This document shows, piece by piece, positions 38,945 through 50,412 of a DNA stretch of 50,502 nt. Position numbers and translations under genes: made by a program. Numbering within the stretch: position 1 is the first letter of the stretch; the number at the start of each line of letters is the position of its first letter. Below the pieces are notes generated by a model that did no database searches, was not told where the DNA came from, and was given only the letters and a program-made list of their open reading frames with translations. Origin of the DNA: Nautiliaceae bacterium (GTDB lineage Bacteria > Campylobacterota > Campylobacteria > Campylobacterales > Nautiliaceae). The DNA lies in contig JBDONT010000033.1 in assembly GCA_039831155.1 (NCBI GenBank), positions 1-50,502 of the forward strand. The letters are read 5' to 3'.

Positions 38945-40487
38945 TTACAGATTAGTTATTTTTATTCTAGCGGCAATATTCGGGATAGCTTTTACTATCC
39001 CATCTTTTTTAGGAAAAGAGCCTAAAGTAAACTTAGGGCTTGATTTACAAGGAGGTATGTATTTAGTTTTAGGTGTGAAAGAAAAAGAAGCCGTAAAAAG
39101 CAAACTAAAAACAATAGCATCTACAATTAAATACATAAGCGACAAAAAAGAACTTTTTATAGACAACTTGCAAATAGGCAAAAACAGTGTTAAATTCGAA
39201 CTTATAGATAAAGACGACAAACCTAAATTCGATAAAGAGTTAAAAATCTTTAAAGACGTAAAAATAACCAAAACAAAAACCAAAGATTCTATAAATTACA
39301 CTCTTACACTAACTCCAAAAGCAATCGAAAAAATAAAACAAGACGCAATATCTCAAGCCATTCAGACAATAAGAAGCAGACTTGATTCATTCGGACTTGC
39401 AGAACCTACCGTTACAAAACAAGGAAAAGACAAAATCTTAGTAGAACTTCCAGGAATTAAAACACCAAAAGAACAAAAAGCAGTACAAAAACTTATATCT
39501 ACTTCAGCTCATCTTGAACTGTATGCAGTAGATGAGGAACATATGGCAACCACTCCTCAAGAAGCCAAAAAATACGGAGACATTCTACTTCCTAGTAAAG
39601 ATAACCCAAACATCAAATATCTTTTAAAAACACCTCCGCTGCTTGATGGAAGTATGATTACGGACGCAAAAGTAGGATTTACTCAAAAAACAAATCAACC
39701 GGCAATATTCTTTACCCTTAACTCTCAAGGAGCTAAAATCTTTGGGGACTTTACAGGAAAAAATGTAGGTAAAAAACTGGCTATCGTAGTTGATAATAAA
39801 GTCTATTCAGCTCCTACCATTCAAGAGAGAATCGGTGGTGGAAGCGGGCAAATCACGGTAGGAAGCCCGGAAGAAGCCCACGTACTTGCAATTGCACTTA
39901 GAAGCGGAGCTTTGCCGGCACCAGTTATACTGCTTGAAAAAAGAAGTGTAGGTGCTAGCCTTGGAGCTGATAGCATAAGACAATCTTTGATAGCTTTAAT
40001 TACCGGATTTGTAGTAGTTGTTTTATTTATGGCGTGGTATTACGGACTAGCCGGAATTATCGCTGATGTAGCGTTAATTGTAAATCTGTTCTTAATTATT
40101 GCTATTATGGCACTTTTCGGGGCTACTTTGACACTGCCCGGAATGGCTGGTATAGTCCTAACGGTAGGTATGGCAGTTGACGCAAATGTAATTATAAACG
40201 AACGCATAAGAGAGCTTATAAGAGAAGGAAAACCTATAAAACAGGCAATAGAAGGTGGTTACGCAAACGCTATGAGTGCTATTTTAGATGCAAACATCAC
40301 AACTCTTATAGCGGCATTCGCACTCTTTGCATACGGAACCGGTACTATTAAAGGATTTGCGATTACAATGGCTATAGGTATTTTAGCAAGTATGCTAACG
40401 GCAATTCTGGGAACTCACGGGATTTGGGAATATCTACTTGCCAGTGGAAAAAAACTAACTCCAAAACACTTTGGTATGAAGGCTTAA
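38931..40487 (+). CDS. secD: Protein translocase subunit SecD
   Basis: NLGLDLQGG, ELPG, LRSGALPAP, GMAVDANVIINERI, DANITT. Confidence 0.98.
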   Translation: MKKLNYRLVIFILAAIFGIAFTIPSFLGKEPKVNLGLDLQGGMYLVLGVKEKEAVKSKLKTIASTIKYISDKKELFIDNLQIGKNSVKFELIDKDDKPKFDKELKIFKDVKITKTKTKDSINYTLTLTPKAIEKIKQDAISQAIQTIRSRLDSFGLAEPTVTKQGKDKILVELPGIKTPKEQKAVQKLISTSAHLELYAVDEEHMATTPQEAKKYGDILLPSKDNPNIKYLLKTPPLLDGSMITDAKVGFTQKTNQPAIFFTLNSQGAKIFGDFTGKNVGKKLAIVVDNKVYSAPTIQERIGGGSGQITVGSPEEAHVLAIALRSGALPAPVILLEKRSVGASLGADSIRQSLIALITGFVVVVLFMAWYYGLAGIIADVALIVNLFLIIAIMALFGATLTLPGMAGIVLTVGMAVDANVIINERIRELIREGKPIKQAIEGGYANAMSAILDANITTLIAAFALFAYGTGTIKGFAITMAIGILASMLTAILGTHGIWEYLLASGKKLTPKHFGMKA

Positions 40488-40488
40488 T

Positions 40489-41460
40489 ATGGAACTGTTT
40501 AAAGATAATAAAATATACGATTTTATGGGAAAAAGAAAAATTTTTATCTCAATTTCCCTTACGCTGATTATTTTAAGCCTTTTTTCTATTTTTACAAAAG
40601 GCTTTAACTGGGGAATCGATTTTGCCGGTGGTGTCGAAGTACAGGTAAGATTTGACAAAAAAGCAGACCTTGGAGAAATAAGAAAACTTATCTCTTCAAA
40701 ATATCCAGGAGCTAGTATTACGACATTCGGAAACCCTAAAGAAATCTTAATAAGACTAAGCGTAAAAAACGCATCAACTAACGTTCAAAACGACATAGGC
40801 AATAAAATTACATCAATCTTAAAACCTCTTGGAAAAATAGATATAAGAAGAGTCGATATAGTAGGTGCGAAAGTAGGAAACGAACTAAAAGAAAAAGGAC
40901 TGCAGGCTTTTATTTTTGCGATAATAGGAATTTTAATTTACGTAGCGTTTAGATTTGAGTGGAGATTTGCAGTAGCTAGCGTTTTGGCTCTCTTTCACGA
41001 TACTATTATATCACTCGGAGCCATTAGTTTTTTTCATATAGAAGTAAACCTTGACGTTTTAGCTGCGATTTTAACTCTTATGGGATATTCTCTAAACGAT
41101 ACGATAGTGGTATTTGACAGAATCAGAGAACAGGTAAGCAACTCAAAAATAAGAGATTTAGCAACTTTAATAAACGACGCCATATCAAAAACCCTAAGCA
41201 GAACGGTTTTAACTTCTCTTACTACGTTTTTTGTGGTATTGACTTTATATCTATTCGGAGGAGAAATTATAAAACCGTTTAGTTTTACGCTGCTTGTCGG
41301 AATTATCGTAGGTACTTATTCATCAATCTTTATAGCTTCTCCTCTTTTGATATGGCTTGGATTTAAAACAGACGATTATAGAAAAAAACTTGCCGAAAAA
41401 GAGAAAAAAAGACAGGAAAAAGAAAAACTTAGAAAAATGTATCAAGGTGGAGTTGTATAA
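40489..41460 (+). CDS. secF: Protein translocase subunit SecF
   Basis: GIDFAGG, RFEWRF, GYSLNDTIVVFDRIRE, GTYSSIFIA. Confidence 0.98.
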   Translation: MELFKDNKIYDFMGKRKIFISISLTLIILSLFSIFTKGFNWGIDFAGGVEVQVRFDKKADLGEIRKLISSKYPGASITTFGNPKEILIRLSVKNASTNVQNDIGNKITSILKPLGKIDIRRVDIVGAKVGNELKEKGLQAFIFAIIGILIYVAFRFEWRFAVASVLALFHDTIISLGAISFFHIEVNLDVLAAILTLMGYSLNDTIVVFDRIREQVSNSKIRDLATLINDAISKTLSRTVLTSLTTFFVVLTLYLFGGEIIKPFSFTLLVGIIVGTYSSIFIASPLLIWLGFKTDDYRKKLAEKEKKRQEKEKLRKMYQGGVV

Positions 41461-41480
41461 TAAAATAAAAAAGGACTAAA

Positions 41481-41822
41481 ATGGATTGGGGAAAAGTAGT
41501 TTACGTATTTTTTCAACTTATGAGTTTAACAAGTGTTGCAGGGTTTTTATACGACCACAATAAAGTTGCACTTTTTATAGCTTTGAGTTTAAATCTTATA
41601 TCAACGGTACTTAAAATAGGCGTAAAAAACATCTTTGCAGCGGAGCTTTTTGCAGCAAGCTTAGTAGCCGATTTACATTTGATTCCGGCTTTTATTTATT
41701 TAGAAATTAAAAACGACCTAAACTCAGCTTATGCTATGGCTATAGGAGCTACTATAGCAAACACCGTAACCATTATTTTAAGCTTTATAGAACTTGCAAA
41801 AACTAAAAACGATTGGGAATAG
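41481..41822 (+). CDS. Small membrane protein (DUF6394-like)
   Basis: [24 protein letters not shown]; four hydrophobic segments; lies between secF and leuS. Confidence 0.7.
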   Translation: MDWGKVVYVFFQLMSLTSVAGFLYDHNKVALFIALSLNLISTVLKIGVKNIFAAELFAASLVADLHLIPAFIYLEIKNDLNSAYAMAIGATIANTVTIILSFIELAKTKNDWE

Positions 41823-41830
41823 GAGTTAAA

Positions 41831-44290
41831 ATGAGAGAATATAAAGCGGCTGATATTGAAAAAAAATGGCAAGAGATTTGGGATAAGGAAGAGGCTTTCG
41901 AACCGAAAGAAGATTACACTCTTCCTAAAAAATATATCCTTTCAATGTTTCCGTATCCTAGTGGTAAAATCCATATGGGACACGTTAGAAACTACTCAAT
42001 AGGAGACGCAATAGCTAGACATTACAGAAAAAAAGGTTTTAACGTACTTCATCCTATCGGGTGGGACAGTTTCGGCATGCCGGCTGAAAACGCGGCTATA
42101 AAAAACGGAGTTCATCCTAAAAAATGGACTTATGAAAATATAGATTATATGAGAAAAGAATTAAACCGTTTGGGACTTAGTTTTTCTAAAAAAAGAGAAT
42201 TTGCAACATCAGACCCGGAATACACAAGATGGGAACAAGAGTTTATTATTAAAATGTATGAAAATGGTCTGCTTGAGAGACGCACTCAAAAAGTAAACTG
42301 GTGTGAAACGTGTCATACTGTTTTGGCAAACGAACAGGTAATTGACGGAAAATGCTGGAGATGTGATAATGAAATAGAGATAAAAAAATTACCGGGCTGG
42401 TATATTAAAATTACAAAATACGCAGAAGAACTGCTAAAAGACATTGACGAAAAACTGAAAGGAAACTGGCCGGATAGAGTCCTTACTATGCAAAAAAACT
42501 GGATAGGGAAAAGTACCGGACTGAAATTTAAGTTCGATTTATCGGATGAAAGCAAAGAAAAACTAAACAACAAATTTAAAGAATACGAAGTATTTACAAC
42601 CCGTCCAGATACTATTTACGGAGTAACGTATTCAGCCCTAGCACCGGAACACCCTATTATCGATTATATGCTTGAGAATAAACTATTTGACGAAGAAACA
42701 GAAAAAAAAGTTCGCCACATTCGTGCAATTCTTCCAAAAGACAGACAAGCTATGGAAAAAGAGGGGGTTTATCTTGGAATTGACGTAATTCATCCTTTAA
42801 CAAAAGAAAAAATCCCGGTATGGATGGCAAACTTTGTTTTAATGGACTACGGAAGCGGTGCAGTTATGGCAGTACCGGCTCACGATGAAAGGGATTTTGA
42901 GTTTGCAACTAAATTTAATCTTCCTATTAAATGGGTAATTAAACCTTTAAATGAAGAACTTGACAAATCTCAAGCTTATACGGGAGACGGAGTATTAATT
43001 AACAGTGGCGAATTTACCGGGATGAAAAACACACAAGCAAAAGAAGCTATTATTAAAAAATTTGAAGAGCTTGAAATAGGAAAAAAAGAGATAAATTACA
43101 GATTAAGAGACTGGGGAATCAGCCGTCAAAGATACTGGGGAGCTCCTCTTCCTTTTATTAAATGTGAAAATTGTGGAATAGTACCGGAAAAAATAGAAAA
43201 CCTACCGGTAACTCTACCGGATAACGTAGAAATAACAGGTTCCGGAAATCCTCTGGAAAAACATCCTACCTGGAAATATACAAAATGTCCGGTTTGTGGT
43301 AAAGACGCAATTAGAGAAACGGATACTATGGATACGTTTGTCGAAAGTAGCTGGTATCAATTCAGATACGTAAGTGATTTTCACAAATATAAAGACGTCC
43401 CTTTTAGAAAAGAGGATGTAAAATATTTCGCCCCGGTAGACCAATATATAGGTGGAATAGAACACGCTATTTTACATTTGCTGTATGCCAGATTTTTTAC
43501 AAAAGCTTTAAGAGATTTGGGATATCTGGATTTAGACGAGCCGTTTAAAAAACTTTTAACTCAAGGTATGGTTTTAAAAGACGGCTCTAAAATGTCAAAA
43601 TCAAAAGGAAACGTAGTTAACCCTAGTGAAATAGTGGAAAAATACGGAGCTGACACTGCAAGACTGTTTATTCTGTTCGCGGCACCTCCTGAAGCTGAAC
43701 TTGAATGGAGCGATAGTGGAGTTGAGGGAGCTTACAGATTTTTAAACAGACTCTATTTAAACGCCGAAAAATGTTACAAAACAGACACAATGCCAAAAAT
43801 AAACAATTCAAAGCTTACTAAAGATGAAAAAGAAGCCAGAAGAAAAGTTTACGAAACTCTAAAAAGAAGCCATGAAACTTATGAAAAAACATTTGCATTT
43901 AATACGTTAATAGCAAACGCTATGGAAGCACTTAATGCATTAAATAAAATCGACAATAAAGACATTTATACCGAAGGTTATTGGATTTTAATGAATGTTC
44001 TTGAACCTATTATTCCTCATATAACAAGCGAAATAAGCGAAGAACTCTTCAAGAGAAACAACTTTAAAGAGATAGAAATAGACCAAGAAGCTCTTAAAAA
44101 AGACGAAATTAACTACCCTGTCCAAGTAAACGGTAAAAAAAGGGCAGAAATAAGCGTAAGTCCGGATGCAAGTAAAGAAGAAGTTTTACAAAAAGCAAAA
44201 GAAGCTGTTTTAAAATACTTAGAGGGGAAAAAGATAGTAAAAGAGATTTTCGTACCCGGAAGAATTATAAATATTGTCGTTAAGGGATAG
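41831..44290 (+). CDS. leuS: Leucine-tRNA ligase
   Basis: [13 protein letters not shown] (HIGH), TTRPDT editing domain, KMSKS. Start at 41831 after AGGAG. Confidence 0.98.
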   Translation: MREYKAADIEKKWQEIWDKEEAFEPKEDYTLPKKYILSMFPYPSGKIHMGHVRNYSIGDAIARHYRKKGFNVLHPIGWDSFGMPAENAAIKNGVHPKKWTYENIDYMRKELNRLGLSFSKKREFATSDPEYTRWEQEFIIKMYENGLLERRTQKVNWCETCHTVLANEQVIDGKCWRCDNEIEIKKLPGWYIKITKYAEELLKDIDEKLKGNWPDRVLTMQKNWIGKSTGLKFKFDLSDESKEKLNNKFKEYEVFTTRPDTIYGVTYSALAPEHPIIDYMLENKLFDEETEKKVRHIRAILPKDRQAMEKEGVYLGIDVIHPLTKEKIPVWMANFVLMDYGSGAVMAVPAHDERDFEFATKFNLPIKWVIKPLNEELDKSQAYTGDGVLINSGEFTGMKNTQAKEAIIKKFEELEIGKKEINYRLRDWGISRQRYWGAPLPFIKCENCGIVPEKIENLPVTLPDNVEITGSGNPLEKHPTWKYTKCPVCGKDAIRETDTMDTFVESSWYQFRYVSDFHKYKDVPFRKEDVKYFAPVDQYIGGIEHAILHLLYARFFTKALRDLGYLDLDEPFKKLLTQGMVLKDGSKMSKSKGNVVNPSEIVEKYGADTARLFILFAAPPEAELEWSDSGVEGAYRFLNRLYLNAEKCYKTDTMPKINNSKLTKDEKEARRKVYETLKRSHETYEKTFAFNTLIANAMEALNALNKIDNKDIYTEGYWILMNVLEPIIPHITSEISEELFKRNNFKEIEIDQEALKKDEINYPVQVNGKKRAEISVSPDASKEEVLQKAKEAVLKYLEGKKIVKEIFVPGRIINIVVKG

Positions 44291-44292
44291 AA

Positions 44293-44808
44293 TTGAACTA
44301 TAAAAGTACCATTTTTAAATGGTTTTTTCCTCTTTTTTTTATTTCTTGTGCCTACGAACCAAGCAATGTATATCAAAAAGAGATAATTTCAGACAAAATT
44401 AAAACAACCGTAGAAATTTCAACTAAAAAACCAAAAGAGAGTGCGTTTTTAAAAGATGCTTTAAATGAAGCCGTGTATACGGTGTTTGGCTCTGAAATAG
44501 ATAATAAGAATCCGACTACAAAAATCACTTTAAAACTCTCTTCATCATCACTTAGTGCTTTGGATTATGATGAAAACGGTTTTCCCATTCTTTATAGAAG
44601 TTTCGTTAATTTAAAAGCTATTATTAAGAACTTAAAAACAAAAAAAACATATACATATAACGTTAGCGGAAATTACGACTTTGCAGTTTCGGCTAATAGT
44701 ATTATAAACGACCAATTAAAATTTAACGCCTTTCAAAAAGCCTCTACAAACGCACTTAATAAACTATTAGCTGAAATTACAAAAGACGGAGCAAAAAATG
44801 ACAATTAA
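44293..44808 (+). CDS. lptE: LPS assembly lipoprotein LptE (Campylobacterota type)
   Basis: Lipobox-like FISC-AYEP, YDENGF..LYR, VSGNYDF; conserved position after leuS. Confidence 0.7.
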   Translation: MNYKSTIFKWFFPLFFISCAYEPSNVYQKEIISDKIKTTVEISTKKPKESAFLKDALNEAVYTVFGSEIDNKNPTTKITLKLSSSSLSALDYDENGFPILYRSFVNLKAIIKNLKTKKTYTYNVSGNYDFAVSANSIINDQLKFNAFQKASTNALNKLLAEITKDGAKNDN

Positions 44809-46345
44809 AGAGATAGCAAAAAAAACACTGGCTAAGTTTAAAAACAACGCTTACGTATTTACCCCGGATGAATATGCAAAAGTTTTTTGTCAAGAAGCAA
44901 GAAAAGCTAAAGTAATAGTAAAAGACTGTAACAAAGTTGCAGAATTTATAAAAAAACTGGACCAAAAATACCAGCTTTTAGCCAAAAATTATAATATAAA
45001 AACTTTAGATGAACTGATAGTATTTTTAATTAACTACCTTAATCGCGAAAATAAAAGCAAAGAAAAAGAGTCTTTGGAAAATCTATTTATGTACACAAAA
45101 AGAGCATTGGACGTACTTGCAGTTTTACCTATCTTAAAATCAAAAAACATAGCCATAAAACACTTGGATTTTATAAAACCTTACCTGGAAAAAGATGAAT
45201 TTGATAAATTAAGAAAAGAGTGGTTTGAATTTTTAAGTGAATTTGACGATTCGATTGTCAGAAAAGGTGCGGCAGTTGCCGGAATTAAAAGTGAAGACGC
45301 ATTAGTCGTAATAGACGCCCTTATTAAAAAGTTTGAAGAAAATCCGAAATTGGATTATTTGGTTGATTCTTTAGTTTATACGTTAACTCCTAGCTACGCT
45401 CCTTATATGAATGACGAAATAGCAATGCTAAAAAAACAGTTAAAAGAAGAGAGTTCGTTTATCTTAAGTAAAGCGTTCGCCGAAGATTTAAAAATTTTAA
45501 CCGATAAAAGAATAAAACTTGACAAAGAAGAACTTAAAAAGAAATTAAAAGATTTAGACCAAATTGCAGAAAGATTATCCGTTAAGATTTTAAAAATTTT
45601 AGAAAAAACGGACGGTTCTTCCAAAGAAATAAAAGACATCACTTTGGAATTAAAAAACTGGCGAAAAGAAGATGAAGATTTTGAAACTATAAAAGAAAAA
45701 CTCCTAACCATAGCTACATCAATAGATAAAGAATTGGGACATTTTTCCGAAGAGATGAAAAAAGAGGATAAAGATATAAAAAAATTAAGAGAAAAAGTAC
45801 AATATTTAGAAGGAAAATTAAAAGAGCTTTCAAAGGAAGTAAAAACGGACTTTTTAACAAAAATAGCAAATAAAAAAGCCGTTTTGGAAGAACTTAAAAA
45901 ACAAGAATCGGCTTATAAAAGATACGGGATAATTTATTCAGTGGTATTTTTCGATATCGATCATTTTAAGAATATAAACGACACTTACGGACACGAAGCG
46001 GGAGACGTAATTTTAAAATCTTTAGGATTATTATTTAGAAGATACGCAAGAGATGTGGATTTGATAGGAAGATTCGGGGGTGAAGAGTTTGTAGCAATTC
46101 TACCAAATACCGATAAAAACGGAGCTTATAAATTTGCGGAAAAACTAAGACAGATTATCCAAAACACCAAATTCATCTACAAAAAAACAAGAATTAACGT
46201 AACGGTTTCCGGAGGAGTTGCCACCAGAAGTGAAACTTCAAGTGCCGAAGAGACTATAAAACTTGCAGATAAAAGATTATATTTAGCAAAAAGAAGTGGT
46301 AGAAATAAAATATGTGCAGAGGATACGTGTGGTGAGAGTGAATGA
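44798..46345 (+). CDS. Diguanylate cyclase (GGDEF) with long helical N-terminus
   Basis: DFLT..ANK, DIDHFK.INDTYGH.AGD, RDVD I-site, RFGGEEF, AD..LY.AK..GRN. Confidence 0.93.
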   Translation: MTIKEIAKKTLAKFKNNAYVFTPDEYAKVFCQEARKAKVIVKDCNKVAEFIKKLDQKYQLLAKNYNIKTLDELIVFLINYLNRENKSKEKESLENLFMYTKRALDVLAVLPILKSKNIAIKHLDFIKPYLEKDEFDKLRKEWFEFLSEFDDSIVRKGAAVAGIKSEDALVVIDALIKKFEENPKLDYLVDSLVYTLTPSYAPYMNDEIAMLKKQLKEESSFILSKAFAEDLKILTDKRIKLDKEELKKKLKDLDQIAERLSVKILKILEKTDGSSKEIKDITLELKNWRKEDEDFETIKEKLLTIATSIDKELGHFSEEMKKEDKDIKKLREKVQYLEGKLKELSKEVKTDFLTKIANKKAVLEELKKQESAYKRYGIIYSVVFFDIDHFKNINDTYGHEAGDVILKSLGLLFRRYARDVDLIGRFGGEEFVAILPNTDKNGAYKFAEKLRQIIQNTKFIYKKTRINVTVSGGVATRSETSSAEETIKLADKRLYLAKRSGRNKICAEDTCGESE

Positions 46346-47459
46346 GTTTTTAAACCAAAAACCGTTGTTTTACAAAAAAATAGACCTCCAAAGAATGCCA
46401 AAAACATATGAATTAATAAAAGATAAACTAAACCTTCCTCCTGTTATTCATATAGTAGGTACAAATGCAAAAGGCTCAACCGGTAGATTTTTAGCCCACA
46501 CTCTTTTAAAAAGAGGATTTAAAGTAGGACACTATACTTCCCCTCATATTATGGAATTTAACGAAAGAATTTGGCTAAACGGCAAAAATATAGATAACGA
46601 AACACTTGAAAAAATCCACCGAAAACTTCAAAAACTGCTTCCAAAAGAGATTATAAACTCCCTTAGCTATTTCGAATATACGACACTTCTTGCGGTATTT
46701 GCGTTTGAAGGGCTTGATTATGTAATTATGGAAGCCGGTCTTGGAGGAGAATTTGACGCAACTAACGTATTTAAAAAGAAAATTTCCCTAATAACCCCAA
46801 TAGATTTCGACCATCAGTCGTTTTTAGGAAACAATATCAAAGAGATTGCAACTACAAAATTAAAATCCATAGAAAAAGAAGCCATTATAGGAAAACAGCC
46901 CCACAAAGAAGTATACGAAATAGCGAAAAAATTACATAAAAAAATTTATAACTATTTAGACTTTTTCAATAACGAAGAAATTAAAACTCTAAAAGCCAAT
47001 TTTCATTGCCCAAAATTTTTATTTGATAATTATCTTCTCGCTATGAGTTTTTTAAAAAAAGAGAATATTCCTTTTTCTATCGAGGATATAAAAGACCTAA
47101 CCTTAGCCGGCAGAATGCAGGAAATCGAAAAAGATTTATGGATAGACGTAGGACACAATCCTTTAGCGGCAAAAGCGTTGCTAAATAGCCTTCCTAAAAA
47201 AGTAAATCTAGTTTATAACACTTACAACGACAAAGATTACGAAGAGATTTTAAAGATATTAAAACCAAAAATCAATAAGCTTTATTTAATAGACGTAAAC
47301 AACAAAAGAATAGAAGATAAAGAGAAAATAAAAAAAACGGCTTTAAAATTAAGAATAGAAGTTGAAGAGTTTAAAGACATTAAAAAACCTATGCTGGTCT
47401 TTGGAAGTTTTAGTGTGGTTGAAGAGTTTTTAAAAAAACATCCTAATTTAAAGGTTTAA
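46332..47459 (+). CDS. folC: Dihydrofolate/folylpolyglutamate synthase
   Basis: VGTNAKGST, YTSPHI..FNERI, EAGLGGEFDATN, DVGHN. Start is GTG at 46329 or 46332 after GAGGA. Confidence 0.93.
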   Translation: MRVNEFLNQKPLFYKKIDLQRMPKTYELIKDKLNLPPVIHIVGTNAKGSTGRFLAHTLLKRGFKVGHYTSPHIMEFNERIWLNGKNIDNETLEKIHRKLQKLLPKEIINSLSYFEYTTLLAVFAFEGLDYVIMEAGLGGEFDATNVFKKKISLITPIDFDHQSFLGNNIKEIATTKLKSIEKEAIIGKQPHKEVYEIAKKLHKKIYNYLDFFNNEEIKTLKANFHCPKFLFDNYLLAMSFLKKENIPFSIEDIKDLTLAGRMQEIEKDLWIDVGHNPLAAKALLNSLPKKVNLVYNTYNDKDYEEILKILKPKINKLYLIDVNNKRIEDKEKIKKTALKLRIEVEEFKDIKKPMLVFGSFSVVEEFLKKHPNLKV

Positions 47460-47460
47460 A

Positions 47461-50388
47461 TTGCAAGCAAAAGTTTATAAATATCTACAAAACAAAAAAA
47501 CAAACATAATTACCGCAAATTTAAAAGAGGCCTTTTTAGTAGGCGAAGTTTTTAAATATCTGGATATAAACTGTGTAACTTTTCCGGATTTTAGAGCGAA
47601 TGTAGGGGATGATTTAAGAAGTTTTAGGCGTGAGATATTTGAACTTAACAACGCTTTATACGATTTTTATCACAAAAACGCCTTTTTCGTATCGACCTAC
47701 TCCACCATAATGAAAAAACTCCCCGTAAAAAAATATTACAAATCAATAGAATTTGAATTCGCACAAGATATAAATCTAGAAAAAATTAAAGAAACTCTTT
47801 TTTACTGGGGATATGAAACCGTCGAAATAGTAACGGAACCCGGAGAAATGAGTTTTAGAGGGGATATTTTCGATATCTGGCCTATTAACTTAAAAAAACC
47901 TATAAGAGTTTCTCTGTTTGATACCGAAATAGAAAGCATAAGAACGTTTGACGAGACAAACCAAAAAAGCATAGAAGAGATTGAAAAATTTACGATAATT
48001 CCGGCAATTGCAGCCCTTGAAAAAGAAGAGTATGAAAAAATATCCCAAGAAATAGAAAAATCCCCTTACGCTACGTTTTATAAAGATTTTTACTCTTTGG
48101 GATTTTGGTATTTAAAAAGAGAATATTTAAAAGATTTTTCACTCTTACACGATATGACTCAAGAAATTGAAGAGTATAAAGAGTTTTACGAAGAGTTTAA
48201 TGAAGAGATTTTAAAAGCCCCTATTATTCCAAACGGAAAATGTGAAGATATTGAAATAAAAAACATTAAAGAATTTTTAGATTTTCATAAAAACCAGACC
48301 ATAGAAATAGTAGCTAAAAACGAAGTTTTGCTAAAAGAAAAGGAAATATACGAAACCGTAAAATTAAGAGCCCCTCTTGTAAAATGGATAAAAAAAGACG
48401 CTCATATTAATATAAAATGCCCTAACAAATATATAATTTCCCTAAACCCACCGGCTTTTGAAAGACAAAAACATTTTACCTTAAAACTGGACGAAATAAA
48501 AAAAGGCGACTTTGTCGTACACGAAACACACGGAATAGGAAAATTTAACGGACTTAAAAAGGTTGAAATCCTAGGCAAAATAGGAGAATACGCAGAAATT
48601 TTATACGCAAACGACGACAAACTTTTACTTCCGGTTGAAAATTTAAACTTAATAGAAAAATATATAGCCCCGGGTGGAGTAATCCCCACTTTAGATAAAC
48701 TAGGAAAAGGGTCTTTTGCCAAAAAACGCGAAAAAATAAAAGAAAAAATATTTGCAATGGCTGCAGATATCATTAAACTTCAAGCCCAAAGAGAACTCAC
48801 AAAACCTATCGAGTTAAACTTTGAAGGAGCAAAAGAGTTTATTCAACAAGCTCCGTTTACCCACACTTCGGACCAGAAAAAAGCTATTAATGAAATTATT
48901 GAGGACTTTAAAACAAAAGTTATGGATAGATTATTAAGTGGGGATGTGGGCTTTGGAAAAACCGAAATAGCGATGGTTGCAAGCTTTATAGTAGCAAACA
49001 GCGGATATCAGGTAGCGATAATAACACCTACTACGATTTTGGTTAATCAACATTTCGAAAGTTTTAAAGAAAGATTTAAAAACACAAACATCAAAATAGC
49101 AAAACTTGACAGATTTACCCCTAGCAAAGAAAAAAAAGAAATAACCCAAAAAGTAAAAGAAGGCGAAATTCAGATATTAATCACAACTCACGCCGGATTT
49201 AACATAGAATATAAAAACTTAGGACTTGTAATAATAGACGAAGAGCATAAATTCGGTGTAAAACAGAAAGAAAAATTAAAAGAATTTTCAAAAAACGTTC
49301 ACACCCTCTCAATGTCTGCTACGCCTATTCCTCGAACGTTAAATATGGCACTCTCTCAAGTAAAATCAATCTCCACTCTAGAAGAAGCCCCAAAAGGCAA
49401 ACAATCAACCAAAACTTTCGTAAAAGAGTGGGATGAAAACTTAATCAAAGAAACGATTTTAAGAGAAATAAGAAGAGGTGGGCAGGTCTTTTATATCTAT
49501 AACAATATAGCTTATATAGAACAAAAAAAAGAAGAACTCCAAAGAATACTGCCTAATTTAAGAATTTTGGTACTTCACGCAAAACTAACTCCTAATCAGA
49601 TAGAAAAAGGACTTGTGGATTTTATAAATAAAAAATACGACTTAGCACTTACTACAACAATTGTAGAAAGTGGAATTCACATACCAAACGTAAATACCGT
49701 AATAGTAGAAAACGCGGATAAATTCGGAATAGCGGACTTACATCAGATAAGAGGAAGAGTCGGTCGTGGAAAACACGAAGGATACGCTTACTTTCTGGTA
49801 AAAAATAAAGACGAACTAAGCGAAGACGCAAAAAAAAGATTACTGGCACTGGAAGAGAATTCATTCTTAGGAAGCGGACAAATCTTAGCTATGAGAGATT
49901 TGGAAATAAGAGGTGGAGGAAACATACTTGGAGCCGAACAATCCGGACAAATAAAAGGTGTGGGTTATTCAATGTATGTTAAAATGCTTGAAGATACCCT
50001 AAAAGAACTAAGCGGTACAAAAACTCAAGAAGAAGAGATTGAAGTAAAACTAAATATAAACGCTTATATTTCTGATAATGTAGTAAAAGAAGACAGATTA
50101 AGACTGGATTTATATAAAAGACTATCTTTATGCCAAACATTAAAAGAAGTTTATGAAGTAGAAAAAGAGATGATAGACAGATTCGGTAAGCTTGATAAAC
50201 CGACCCAAAACTTCTTAGAAAAAATCAAAATAAAAGTTCTAGCCTCTAAAAAAGGAATTAAATCCATTTCCAACTACTCTGAAAATATTACCTTTATATA
50301 TAAAGACGGGAAAAAAGAGTTTTTCAAAGCCGAAGCGAAAGATGATGAAATTATCCTTGAAAAAATTATAAAAATTCTAAAAAAATAG
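47461..50388 (+). CDS. mfd: Transcription-repair coupling factor
   Basis: RGDIFDI, VVHETHGIG, GDVGFGKT, DEEHKFG, SATPIPRT, QIRGRVGR, DLEIRGGGN; TTG start. Confidence 0.97.
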   Translation: MQAKVYKYLQNKKTNIITANLKEAFLVGEVFKYLDINCVTFPDFRANVGDDLRSFRREIFELNNALYDFYHKNAFFVSTYSTIMKKLPVKKYYKSIEFEFAQDINLEKIKETLFYWGYETVEIVTEPGEMSFRGDIFDIWPINLKKPIRVSLFDTEIESIRTFDETNQKSIEEIEKFTIIPAIAALEKEEYEKISQEIEKSPYATFYKDFYSLGFWYLKREYLKDFSLLHDMTQEIEEYKEFYEEFNEEILKAPIIPNGKCEDIEIKNIKEFLDFHKNQTIEIVAKNEVLLKEKEIYETVKLRAPLVKWIKKDAHINIKCPNKYIISLNPPAFERQKHFTLKLDEIKKGDFVVHETHGIGKFNGLKKVEILGKIGEYAEILYANDDKLLLPVENLNLIEKYIAPGGVIPTLDKLGKGSFAKKREKIKEKIFAMAADIIKLQAQRELTKPIELNFEGAKEFIQQAPFTHTSDQKKAINEIIEDFKTKVMDRLLSGDVGFGKTEIAMVASFIVANSGYQVAIITPTTILVNQHFESFKERFKNTNIKIAKLDRFTPSKEKKEITQKVKEGEIQILITTHAGFNIEYKNLGLVIIDEEHKFGVKQKEKLKEFSKNVHTLSMSATPIPRTLNMALSQVKSISTLEEAPKGKQSTKTFVKEWDENLIKETILREIRRGGQVFYIYNNIAYIEQKKEELQRILPNLRILVLHAKLTPNQIEKGLVDFINKKYDLALTTTIVESGIHIPNVNTVIVENADKFGIADLHQIRGRVGRGKHEGYAYFLVKNKDELSEDAKKRLLALEENSFLGSGQILAMRDLEIRGGGNILGAEQSGQIKGVGYSMYVKMLEDTLKELSGTKTQEEEIEVKLNINAYISDNVVKEDRLRLDLYKRLSLCQTLKEVYEVEKEMIDRFGKLDKPTQNFLEKIKIKVLASKKGIKSISNYSENITFIYKDGKKEFFKAEAKDDEIILEKIIKILKK

Positions 50389-50395
50389 CAATTTT

Positions 50396-50404
50396 TGATA
50401 TAAT
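50396..50404 (+). promoter_or_regulatory. Extended -10 promoter (TGATATAAT) for tRNA-Ser
   Basis: Exact motif 8 nt upstream of the tRNA. Confidence 0.7.
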
Positions 50405-50412
50405 TTCAGTGT

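Noticed and set aside
4234-49864. Short antisense or alternate-frame ORFs inside long genes (e.g. 4234-4542, 8125-8466, 10094-10456, 38945-39283, 45403-45711, 48402-48773)
   Set aside because: They lie within or almost within well-supported genes, have the F/S/L-rich composition of antisense shadows, and show no recognisable motifs.
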